Assembly (NCBI GenBank): GCA_003250975.1
Contig: QKIY01000016.1
Coordinates: 84-64,083 of the forward strand
Direction: 5' to 3'
From: Gammaproteobacteria bacterium
GTDB lineage: Bacteria; Pseudomonadota; Gammaproteobacteria; Eutrophobiales; Eutrophobiaceae
Length of the DNA: 64,000 nucleotides
The notes under the pieces are model-generated. The model was not told the origin of the DNA, ran no database searches, and saw nothing but the letters and a program-made list of their open reading frames with translations. Each line of letters opens with the position of its first letter. The first letter of the stretch is position 1. Position numbers and translations under genes: made by a program. Shown here in pieces: positions 8,936 through 17,721 of the stretch.

Positions 8936-10471
8936 GTGGAACGGATAAAAAAAGCATTGGAATTGGCCCGGCAGGAAAGGCAGGCAAAAGAGGATGATAT
9001 TTCGGCGCCGCAATCGCCGGAAGTAAAAGATGTTGCTGAAACAATGGAGGCGAACGAAACTTCCAGGGATTTTATTCTTGAGGAGCCGGATGATGATTCC
9101 GTGACAGGGGAGATGGGATCAGTACAGCAAAATGCTGCTGCCACCCCACCCGAAGATATATACAGTCCATCGTCTGATATAGAACGTGCCGAAAGCCCCT
9201 GGAAGTTAATCGTCACCGGCTTGCTGGGTGTCATATTACTTATCCTTGTTATCAGTGCCTGGGTTGTCATCGCACCCATTTCAGGCGCTGTCATTGCGCC
9301 GGGCTATGTCAAAGTGGATATGGATCGTAAGACACTACAACATCAGGAAGGGGGTATCGTCGGAGAAATCCTTATCCGGGATGGTAGCAAGGTCACGCCC
9401 GGACAAACGCTCATACTGCTTAAAGATGTGCGTGTTGATGCCAGTAATGAACTGGTACGTACCCAACTAGATGCCGCACTCGCCCAGGCTGCGCGCCTGT
9501 CTGCAGAGCAATCCGGCGAAGACAAAATAACATTTCCAGCAGAACTCACTGAACGCAGTGAGGACCCGCGGGTCGAAGAACTGCTCAAGCGTGAAACAAC
9601 AGTTTTCGGAGTGCGGCGCGAGGCGCTCTCGAACCAGCTTGCATTGATAAAACGCCAGGTGCGTGATACGGAGAAGGAAGTACAGGCACGGTTGGCCCAA
9701 CTCAAGGCCGACGAGGAGACACTCAAGCACCACCGTGAGGAGCTTGAAACCAACAAGGCACTAATCGGCGAGGGATATGTTTCCAAGACGCGTCTTATTG
9801 AGCTGGAGCGTGCCGGTGCGGAATATGAGTCCAGAAATGCAGAAAATCGCGCGGAACTGGCCAGCGCGCAACAGAAAATATCGGATCTGGAGTTGCGTGC
9901 CGAGACCTTGAGGAGTGAATTCCAGCAAGAGGCAACCAATGCACTACGCGAGACCACCGCAACGATCTTCGATCTTAGGGAACGGTTACGACCGGCACAG
10001 GATGCCGAGCAGCGGCAGCGCATCACGGCGCCGATTGCTGGCGAAATTGTGAATCTCAAAATTACCAGTGTAGGCGCGGTGATTGCGCCGCGCGAACCCA
10101 TCCTGGATATCGTACCCGAGAACCCCGATCTGCTGGTAGAGGCGCAAGTGCGCCCCGAGGATATTAGCAATGTCTATACCGATTCCCTTGCAGATGTTCG
10201 GCTTACAGCATTCAAGCGGCGCTGGACACCGATCGTTGAGGGGAAAGTCATTTATATATCGGCCGACCGGCTGATTGACCCGAAAAATGACACGCCTTAT
10301 TACACGGTGCATGTGCGTGTACCGCCCGAAGAGCTGAAGGAGGCGGGTGATCTCAAGTTGCAGGCAGGCATGCCCGCGGAGGTCTTTATCAAGACCGCGC
10401 CACGCAATGCCCTGCAATACCTGCTTGATCCGATCCTGGGCTTCCTGAATCGCTCGTTAAGGGAGCAATAA
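8936..10471 (+). CDS. HlyD/PrtE-family type I secretion membrane fusion protein with an ~85-aa N-terminal extension
   Basis: TM helix, APISGAVIAPG, KTLQHQEGGIV, long coiled coil, ITAPIAGEIV, LQAGMPAEVFI, RNALQYLLDPI. GTG start. Confidence 0.93.
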   Translation: MERIKKALELARQERQAKEDDISAPQSPEVKDVAETMEANETSRDFILEEPDDDSVTGEMGSVQQNAAATPPEDIYSPSSDIERAESPWKLIVTGLLGVILLILVISAWVVIAPISGAVIAPGYVKVDMDRKTLQHQEGGIVGEILIRDGSKVTPGQTLILLKDVRVDASNELVRTQLDAALAQAARLSAEQSGEDKITFPAELTERSEDPRVEELLKRETTVFGVRREALSNQLALIKRQVRDTEKEVQARLAQLKADEETLKHHREELETNKALIGEGYVSKTRLIELERAGAEYESRNAENRAELASAQQKISDLELRAETLRSEFQQEATNALRETTATIFDLRERLRPAQDAEQRQRITAPIAGEIVNLKITSVGAVIAPREPILDIVPENPDLLVEAQVRPEDISNVYTDSLADVRLTAFKRRWTPIVEGKVIYISADRLIDPKNDTPYYTVHVRVPPEELKEAGDLKLQAGMPAEVFIKTAPRNALQYLLDPILGFLNRSLREQ

Positions 10472-10548
10472 TCGTTAACGATTTTTCCTCTTTATCTAGC
10501 GCCAGGAATTCACCCACATAGGTGGGCTTGTGTGCAGTTTACAGATGC

Positions 10549-11274
10549 TCAACGGAGTTTCTGTACCAAGCGTTCAATGTTATCCAGGGAACTCAGGTGG
10601 GCGTAAATCAATTCCATATGGTTTGATTTAACCAGTTCGGATAGCGTGTCGGGTTCAATGGTTTTCAGGCGTTCGCGATTAACGCCCATAAACCCCCTCA
10701 GGGCCAGTTTCTTGCCGTCCTTAAATTCCGCCTTGGCTTGCATGGGCTCGAGAAGGCCTAATTCGTTGATTTTATTACAAAAAGAACTGGTAAACTGAAT
10801 ATGCCCCTGGTACTCCTGGAGGAATTTAATGGCCTGCTGCAGGAGTTCCGATTCCTTGCCGTCATCATCAAACAGTTTTTTGCCCTTGTTTTTGGAATTG
10901 AAACCTTCGTAACCTTCATCGATGCAGACAGCAAATTGGGAGCCGCCTTGAGTTGGGCCAGATGCTAGGATAAACGGGTATCTTCGGATGTAGGCCGGAA
11001 TATAATTTGCCAGCCATTCCCCTTTTTTCCCGACAAAAAGGTTCTCATGGTCTTTAAGGCCCAGTAACGCCACCGGGAAGATCTCGTCGCCCGGCGTTTT
11101 TGCAAATACTATGGGATATTCCTTGGATGCCTTGAGAAACTCAACGGCTGCAATATATACGCTATTGGTTTCTTTGGTGTGTTTGAAATTATCTATCGCC
11201 GAGAGCGACAGATTGCCGTGTTTTTCCTTATTGAGCGGCACGACATTTTTATAAAATAATGGCTGTGTTGTCAT
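10549..11274 (-). CDS. sapC: SapC family protein
   Basis: EFLKASKEYPIVF, FPVALLGL, W..NYIPAYIRRYPFIL, LFDDDGKESELL, MELIYAHLSSL match the SapC family pattern as I recall it. Confidence 0.85.
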   Translation of the reverse strand: MTTQPLFYKNVVPLNKEKHGNLSLSAIDNFKHTKETNSVYIAAVEFLKASKEYPIVFAKTPGDEIFPVALLGLKDHENLFVGKKGEWLANYIPAYIRRYPFILASGPTQGGSQFAVCIDEGYEGFNSKNKGKKLFDDDGKESELLQQAIKFLQEYQGHIQFTSSFCNKINELGLLEPMQAKAEFKDGKKLALRGFMGVNRERLKTIEPDTLSELVKSNHMELIYAHLSSLDNIERLVQKLR

Positions 11275-11556
11275 AAATTTATGCCCAATGACTGATGATT
11301 AAGATCTCGAATAACAATAAACCTATTTTATCAGGTTTGCTTTATTATTTTTAGCGCCCTGGTCAATTCATGTCTTGATTAGTGCAATTTCATTCTTTGA
11401 TAGCGGCCGCCGTCTCTGGATATAAAGCATGGGGGATTTATGCTGGTTTGACAATAGCATTTCCGTGTGCAAGCGGATAAATTTTATTCAAAATGGATGA
11501 AATATGCGATCAAGTGGATTACTATTAGCGGGTCGATGTAAAGGATTAGCGAGGCG

Positions 11557-12642
11557 ATGAAAATGAAGTGCATAAGTTCGCGGTTGTCTAAATCCCTTCT
11601 CTTGCTGCTATTACTTCAGGCCAGCGGTACCACGTCAGCATTTACGCTAATCGAGTTATTTCCTGGCGATGAACCCAGCAACACGGTAACCGATAATGAA
11701 AGCCTGGAAACCCAGACTCAGGCTGTAACCTCTACCATAGGCGGACATGTACAGGATATCCTGCGCGGGCGGTTGACCCGATCCCGTGTTGCTTCAAATG
11801 AACTTATGGACATGTCAGGTATCAATGCAGGTGATAGTACGATCAATATCGGTGTCTGGACCAGTGGCACCTATACTAATTATGAAGATGATTTCGTCTC
11901 GACTGCATTTGAAGGTGATACCCTGCTAGGCTTGGTGGGGTTCGATATCTCGCCAACCAGAAATTTAATCATCGGTGTGGCGTTAGGATATGAAGATACG
12001 GATATTACGACAACATTCAACTCTGGTACCCAGGAGTCAGAGGGTTATACGGTGGCCCCTTATTTTGGATTAGTATTGAATAACTACTTCAGCATCGATG
12101 GCTCCTTCGGGTATACGGACATTGATACGGACCAGTCCAGATTGACACAGGTTTTTGTGCCCGGAGTAAATGCTGTATTAACAAGTTCCCCTTCGTCCGA
12201 GCGCTGGTTTGCAACCTTGAACCTGAACGCTGTTACCTATCTCGGTAACTGGGTCTTGGGTGGCCGCGGCGGTGCCCTCTATGCCAAAAATGAACGGGAA
12301 GCCTTTACCGAAACAAGCAGTACTCCATTGGTAGTGCCAACACCGGTCGCTGAAAGTGAATCCAAATTAAAGCTGTGGTACCTTGGCGCCGATGTCGCCT
12401 ATGGTATGGGTTCGTTCGAACCCTTTGCCAATGCCGCCTATGAACGCGAGTTTGATTCTACGGAACTCACCTTTACCGGCGGATCGCAACCATCGAATGA
12501 TGAAGACAGCTACTTGGTTGGCGCAGGAATTCGTTATTTCGGGACCGATGGAATCAGCGCGACCGTGGAATGGAACAAGCGACTCGGCAGGGACGATTTT
12601 GACGAAGACAGATTTTCCCTGGTGCTCCGGGCCGATTTCTAA
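11557..12642 (+). CDS. Autotransporter beta-barrel protein with a very short passenger
   Basis: Signal peptide, ~60-aa linker ending GINAGD, then alternating beta-strands (GVWTSGTYT, LIIGVALGYE, GYTVAPYFG, FSIDGSFGY, FEPFANAAY) and C-terminal Phe (LRADF). Confidence 0.8.
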   Translation: MKMKCISSRLSKSLLLLLLLQASGTTSAFTLIELFPGDEPSNTVTDNESLETQTQAVTSTIGGHVQDILRGRLTRSRVASNELMDMSGINAGDSTINIGVWTSGTYTNYEDDFVSTAFEGDTLLGLVGFDISPTRNLIIGVALGYEDTDITTTFNSGTQESEGYTVAPYFGLVLNNYFSIDGSFGYTDIDTDQSRLTQVFVPGVNAVLTSSPSSERWFATLNLNAVTYLGNWVLGGRGGALYAKNEREAFTETSSTPLVVPTPVAESESKLKLWYLGADVAYGMGSFEPFANAAYEREFDSTELTFTGGSQPSNDEDSYLVGAGIRYFGTDGISATVEWNKRLGRDDFDEDRFSLVLRADF

Positions 12643-12671
12643 TCAGTTATTGTAATTCTGATTATATCTGG

Positions 12672-14222
12672 TTACTTTTCCTTCATTAATTTCTCGTACT
12701 GGCGGATGACATTCGCTGCCAGGTATTCTACCGGTGCGTAATCATCGGTGAAAACCGGCACATCCGCCACCAATCCAGGGTCAAGCTGAAGCTCATGTTC
12801 CGCGACGTTCTTGAGTAGAGGATAGGCAAATCCGGTTTCCGCGATCTGATCTTCCGTGATTCGGATCTCTTTTCCAAGTCCGACAAAGATGAAATTCTGT
12901 AGTGAATCACTTTCCGGGTTGATGGTTGCGAACAGGAAAACCTGTGGAAACACGGATTGCATGGTTTTATATACGGAAAAGATCACGGATCGTGTTTTTG
13001 CGGAAAGGCTGCCAAAATAGTTGGCAATAAAGACACCATCGGTATTCAGCCTGTTAAGTACTAGGTCGAAAAATTCATGGGTCGTAAATTGCATGGGAAC
13101 AGCGGCAAAAGACCGGTAAACGTCCATGAAGATGAGGTCATAGGTTTCATTTGTCTCAAATAAAAACCGCCGTCCGTCCATTACATAATTATTCAACCGG
13201 GGGTCATTAGGCAGACCAAAATATACTCTGGAAAGATACAGCAAGCTCGGTTCTATCTCGGCTACATCGACATGGGCTGCAGGATGGTCCCTGAGAATCG
13301 CCTTTGGTACGGAATATGCGCCGCCACCGATGGCCAGGGCGCGATTCAGTTCGGGGACAAACAGGCGGAAGAGGTCAAAGTATTTCGTATAATCAAAGGC
13401 CATACGGCCATCATCCAGGTACATCCCGCTGTTGAGGTTCTTGTCTTGGAACAATAACCTTACCGGCCTGTTATTGTAGTTGCTATCCCGGACTGTAATT
13501 TGCTCATACAGTCCTTCAGCCTGATAAATAATCGTCTCGTCCCTTGTTGGTGAAAGCAAATTTATTATCAGAGACAGGCAGGCAATGATAGCAAGCAATG
13601 TAATAGCGACGGTTTTTTTACGACTGGTGTTCAGGAGCAGTCCGATGCCGCCAAGGAGAAGCAGGCAATATCCCACGCCTATAACAATATAGCTTACCCC
13701 CCAACGTGGGATCAGGAAAAAACCGGCACTAAGGCTTCCGGCAATACTCCCCAGGGTAGACCAGAAAAAAACCAGGCCGGAGACACGCCCAATGCCAAGC
13801 CCAGGTTCGTTTACATGAAGCAGTTTGATGGCATATGGCGAAAGGGTGCCGAGCAAGAGAGCTGGAACTAGAAAAAGTAGTACTGATGTGAGTAATGGTC
13901 CATGGATCATGGAAAGCCTGTAGGCCAGAAATGGCAACAGGGTTTCGTTGAGTAGTTGTAAAATGAGCACGGCAACGCCACCCACGCTGATTAGTCCGAA
14001 AAAGAAGCTGGTATAGGGTTTCCGGTCAGCAAGCCTTCCTCCCAGATAATAGCCAAGGCTCAGGGCGGTCAGGATAATCCCTATTACGCTTGAGAAGGTG
14101 AAAATGGAATTACCGAAATAGGGAGCGAGGATCCGTGTAGCAACGATTTCGATAATCAGGATAGCCATGCCCGTGAGGAAGACAGAAACCAGGATACAAG
14201 CAGAGCGGCAAGGATAGGACAT
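12672..14222 (-). CDS. Fused membrane domain / spermidine synthase-like SAM-binding protein
   Basis: About 7 TM helices (GMAILIIEIVATRILAPYFGNSIF), then ALAIGGGAY, DVAEIEP, DGRRF, DLIFMDVY, FTDDYAPVE. Confidence 0.85.
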   Translation of the reverse strand: MSYPCRSACILVSVFLTGMAILIIEIVATRILAPYFGNSIFTFSSVIGIILTALSLGYYLGGRLADRKPYTSFFFGLISVGGVAVLILQLLNETLLPFLAYRLSMIHGPLLTSVLLFLVPALLLGTLSPYAIKLLHVNEPGLGIGRVSGLVFFWSTLGSIAGSLSAGFFLIPRWGVSYIVIGVGYCLLLLGGIGLLLNTSRKKTVAITLLAIIACLSLIINLLSPTRDETIIYQAEGLYEQITVRDSNYNNRPVRLLFQDKNLNSGMYLDDGRMAFDYTKYFDLFRLFVPELNRALAIGGGAYSVPKAILRDHPAAHVDVAEIEPSLLYLSRVYFGLPNDPRLNNYVMDGRRFLFETNETYDLIFMDVYRSFAAVPMQFTTHEFFDLVLNRLNTDGVFIANYFGSLSAKTRSVIFSVYKTMQSVFPQVFLFATINPESDSLQNFIFVGLGKEIRITEDQIAETGFAYPLLKNVAEHELQLDPGLVADVPVFTDDYAPVEYLAANVIRQYEKLMKEK

Positions 14223-14257
14223 AGGTCTTATTGCAGGTGTGCAGTTTCCGGTTTCAA

Positions 14258-15040
14258 TTAAAAATTATCTTTCATCTGCCTGATTCTGGCGAAGACATCT
14301 GTAAGAGGAGCATTCTGCATATGCAGACTGGCCTGTATGTCCCCGCTCATTGGGCGCAGAAACGGGTTTGTCTTTTTTTCCATTCCTAGGGTTGTAGGTA
14401 TCGTTGGCACACCTTTTTTTCTCAGCCTGTCTACCTCGGACATCCTGCTGATCAAATCACGGTTATGGGGTTCGACCGTCAGTGCAAAACGGCCATTTTC
14501 CTGGGTATACTCATGCGCACAATACAGCTTGGTGTCGTCCGGCCATTGCATAATCTTTTGCAGGGAATTCCACATCTGTTCCGCAGTCCCTTCGAACAAT
14601 CGCCCACACCCCATGGCAAACAGGGTATCGCCGACAAAGGCAAGGTTTTCTGATTCGAAATAATAAACAATATGGCCGGCCGTATGCCCCGGAGTGTCAT
14701 AGATGCGTGCAGTGTAGTTTCCGAACTGAAACGTATCCCCGTCACCCACTTCGATATCAATACCCGGGATCCTGCCAGACTCAGCTCGGGGTCCAATAAT
14801 GAGGCAGCCGGTCTTTTTCTTCAATTCCAGGTTGCCGCCAGCATGGTCCCAGTGATGGTGCGTATTCAGGATGTGGGTAAGCTGCCATTTTTTTTCGGCC
14901 AAGGCATTTTCGATGGCTGAAACTTCTGGTGTGTCAACCACGGCAGTGAGTTTATTTTCCGAATCATGCAGCAGAAAGCCATAATTATCTGACAAGCATG
15001 GAAACATATGAATTTTCAGCCGGGGTGATGTTGTTCCCAT
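14258..15040 (-). CDS. gloB: Hydroxyacylglutathione hydrolase (glyoxalase II)
   Basis: LSDNYGFL, THHHWDHAGG, TPGHTAGH, GDTLFAMGCGR, CAHEYT, EKKTNPFLR. Start uncertain (TTG 15061 or ATG 15040). Confidence 0.93.
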   Translation of the reverse strand: MGTTSPRLKIHMFPCLSDNYGFLLHDSENKLTAVVDTPEVSAIENALAEKKWQLTHILNTHHHWDHAGGNLELKKKTGCLIIGPRAESGRIPGIDIEVGDGDTFQFGNYTARIYDTPGHTAGHIVYYFESENLAFVGDTLFAMGCGRLFEGTAEQMWNSLQKIMQWPDDTKLYCAHEYTQENGRFALTVEPHNRDLISRMSEVDRLRKKGVPTIPTTLGMEKKTNPFLRPMSGDIQASLHMQNAPLTDVFARIRQMKDNF

Positions 15041-15140
15041 ATTAATTTCCGGGTTGGTCAATCTGAAAATACAATTACATTATATCCTGATATCAAGGAA
15101 TATTCAGAATAAGGGAAAAATATTTGTTAATATCAGCTCT

Positions 15141-16175
15141 ATGTCAAGATACGGAGAAAACAGATACTTTTGGCAGTCTTACAATGACGAGGATTTACTC
15201 GATCTCCGCTTTTGTGATTTGAAACTGAAGATTGCAAATGCGCCTTTACAGGAGCGAATTGAACAACTTTATGATGAATTGAAAGGGCGGGATATTCGAT
15301 TCCGGCCGCATTGTTGGTTGTCGGAGGAATGGTTTTCACCCGATGGTGTGCCCGGTATCGCGATACCTTTCTATATGGCCCACTCGCGGCTTGCAAAGCT
15401 GGAATACCGTCAGATGTTCGAGATTGAAGGCGGTAACACCCGCTGGTGCATGCAGCTGCTCAGGCATGAGGCAGGTCACGCAATTAATACCGCCTATTGT
15501 CTTCACCGAAGGAAGCGCTGGAGACAATTATTTGGTGCGTTTAACAAACCCTATCCGACACATTACACCCCGAACCCAAAAAGCAGGAATTATGTTATTC
15601 ATCTGGACTGGTGGTATGCACAAAGTCATCCCGCTGAGGATTTCGCTGAGACCTTCTCGGTGTGGTTAAGGAACAGGAATAAATGGCAAAAGCAGTATAA
15701 AGGATGGCCCGCCATGAAAAAGCTGGAATACATGGATGAATTAATGGCATCAATCAGTAAAAAGCCTGCACTTAGAAGATCAAGGGAGCGTGTTGAACCT
15801 CTATCTACCAACAGAAAAACATTAAGGGAACATTATGAATCAAAACGTGCTTTTTATGGCGTAAATGTTCCTGACGTATATGATAGTGAGTTAAGAAGAT
15901 TGTTCAGAGACCAACCGGACAACAACGGCAAGAGGCGAACTGCTTCTGCGTTTTTGCAAAAATACAGAAGAGAGTTATCCCAATTGTGCGCCCGTGGTAT
16001 AGGTGAACCACCTTATATAATCGCCCAGGTAATACACGATATGATTATAAGATGCCGTGAACTGAAGCTTTATGTCAATCTCCCTGATGATGAAATGAAA
16101 ATTGAGGTTGCCATCTTTGTCAGCATGCAAACACTGAATTACTTTAACAAAGTCCGGCACAGGGTGCCCGTATGA
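15141..16175 (+). CDS. Putative zinc-binding metallopeptidase (Peptidase_Mx-like zincin)
   Basis: HExxH motif LRHEAGHA, plus WYAQSHPAEDFAETF and CWLSEEWFSPDGVPGIAIPFY. ATG 15141 preferred over the track start at 15054. Confidence 0.8.
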   Translation: MSRYGENRYFWQSYNDEDLLDLRFCDLKLKIANAPLQERIEQLYDELKGRDIRFRPHCWLSEEWFSPDGVPGIAIPFYMAHSRLAKLEYRQMFEIEGGNTRWCMQLLRHEAGHAINTAYCLHRRKRWRQLFGAFNKPYPTHYTPNPKSRNYVIHLDWWYAQSHPAEDFAETFSVWLRNRNKWQKQYKGWPAMKKLEYMDELMASISKKPALRRSRERVEPLSTNRKTLREHYESKRAFYGVNVPDVYDSELRRLFRDQPDNNGKRRTASAFLQKYRRELSQLCARGIGEPPYIIAQVIHDMIIRCRELKLYVNLPDDEMKIEVAIFVSMQTLNYFNKVRHRVPV

Positions 16176-17200
16176 AAAAATATCGTATTCTTGTTTTGAT
16201 GCATGAGGATCTGATACCCCCTGATTCTCTCAAGGGTTATTCTGACAAGGAAATAGTTGAATGGAAAACTGAATATGATGTTGTATCCGAACTAAGAGAC
16301 ATGGGGCATGAAGTTGAAACACTCGGTGTGTCTGATGATGTCGGTGTGATAAGGGATGCAATTGAAAATTTCAAACCCCAGATCGCTTTTAACCTGCTGG
16401 AAGAGTTTCATGGTAATTCCTTGTTCGATTATCATGTTGTCAGTTATCTGGAGCTAAGGAAACAACATTATACCGGTTGTAATCCACGTGGGCTGATGCT
16501 TGCCCACGATAAGGCATTAAGCAAGAAATTGTTGTATTTCCACCGTATCAATGTACCGAGGTTCCTGGTTATACCTATTGGCAAAAAGACTTCTATTCCA
16601 AAAAGGCTGAAATTCCCCCTGATTGTAAAGTCGCTGGTGGAAGAAGGTTCGTACGGGATCGCCCAGGCCTCTGTCGTCTATACCGATGACAAGTTCAGGG
16701 AAAGGGTGAATTATCTCCATGAACAGCTTGGCACACCTGTCATTGCTGAAGAATATATAGAGGGGCGTGAGTTCTATGTTTCAGTAATCGGTAATACGCG
16801 CCTGGAAACCTTTCCCATTATTGAACTTAAATTTGGCGATGTATCAGATGACGTCCTTAAAATTGCGACATCCAGGGTCAAGTGGGACTGGGCGTACCAG
16901 AAGAAACACGATATAGACACCGTTGTTGCAAAAAACCTGAAGCCGGAAACAAGAAAAAAAATATCTACATTGTCAAAACGTATTTACAGAATTCTTGGCA
17001 TGACCGGATATGCCCGGATAGACCTGCGACTCACCAAAGAGGGAGGTATCTACGTGCTCGAAGCCAATGCCAATCCTGATATTGCCTATGGTGAGGAACT
17101 TTCCTGTGCCACTGAAGCTGCAGGAATAAGTTACGAGGCACTGTTGATGAAAATAATTAATCATGGGTTACGGTATGATCCCCTGACCCGGCTGAGTTAA
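16172..17200 (+). CDS. D-Ala-D-Ala ligase-like ATP-grasp enzyme
   Basis: YTGC...AHDKALSK, FPLIVKS..EEGSYGI, EEYIEGREF, GYARIDLR, LEANANP. Lacks the Ddl N-terminal GGxSxEH. ATGA overlap with the upstream peptidase. Confidence 0.85.
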   Translation: MKKYRILVLMHEDLIPPDSLKGYSDKEIVEWKTEYDVVSELRDMGHEVETLGVSDDVGVIRDAIENFKPQIAFNLLEEFHGNSLFDYHVVSYLELRKQHYTGCNPRGLMLAHDKALSKKLLYFHRINVPRFLVIPIGKKTSIPKRLKFPLIVKSLVEEGSYGIAQASVVYTDDKFRERVNYLHEQLGTPVIAEEYIEGREFYVSVIGNTRLETFPIIELKFGDVSDDVLKIATSRVKWDWAYQKKHDIDTVVAKNLKPETRKKISTLSKRIYRILGMTGYARIDLRLTKEGGIYVLEANANPDIAYGEELSCATEAAGISYEALLMKIINHGLRYDPLTRLS

Positions 17201-17300
17201 AGGGGGAAGTCTGAGATGGAATTCCGCAGATTTTATCGCCAGATGTGCTATTTTAATAGCATAAAGGAGCAACTGATTTTTAACCATTGGGTTCTATATC

Positions 17301-17639
17301 ATGCCTTTCTATGACTATTACTGTGAGGCCAATGGCCGCACCGTAGAGGTAAACCATACGGCCCAGGCCACTCTAAAGACCTGGGGAGAGGTTTGCTATG
17401 TGGCGCAAATCCCCCTTGGTGAGACTGACCCGATGACACCGGTTAGAAAAGTCATATCAGCCCCGGCTATCGCAATACCAGTTGCCAATTCCAAGCTTAA
17501 GGAACTTGGTTTTACAAAACTCATCAGGCGTGATGAAGGGGTGTTCGAGAATGTGACTGCACTGGATCATGAGAAACGCTATTTCAGGTCTGATGATCCC
17601 ACATCAATTCCAGATATCAGGAGTAAGGTAGAAGATTAA
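17301..17639 (+). CDS. FmdB-like zinc-ribbon domain protein
   Basis: MPFYDYYC start typical of the FmdB family, and VRKVISAP. Confidence 0.7.
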   Translation: MPFYDYYCEANGRTVEVNHTAQATLKTWGEVCYVAQIPLGETDPMTPVRKVISAPAIAIPVANSKLKELGFTKLIRRDEGVFENVTALDHEKRYFRSDDPTSIPDIRSKVED

Positions 17640-17721
17640 TATTGGTGTTCAGAGTTTTGTGCTTCAGGTTTTGAGTTAATAGCAGAAATAATGCTTACCC
17701 CTATAAACCACGAACTTTTTT

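Noticed and set aside
9343-10170. 275-aa minus-strand ORF, and similar long antisense ORFs at 37629-38309, 39819-40529, 41908-42582 and 50022-50651
   Set aside because: Each lies almost entirely antisense to a well-supported gene and has the biased composition of shadow ORFs in GC-rich DNA.
12672-17200. Glutathionylspermidine-type pathway (spermidine synthase-like, gloB, ATP-grasp and peptidase)
   Set aside because: The ligase is Ddl-like rather than Gsp-like, the two gene pairs diverge, and gloB is a housekeeping gene; adjacency alone is not enough.
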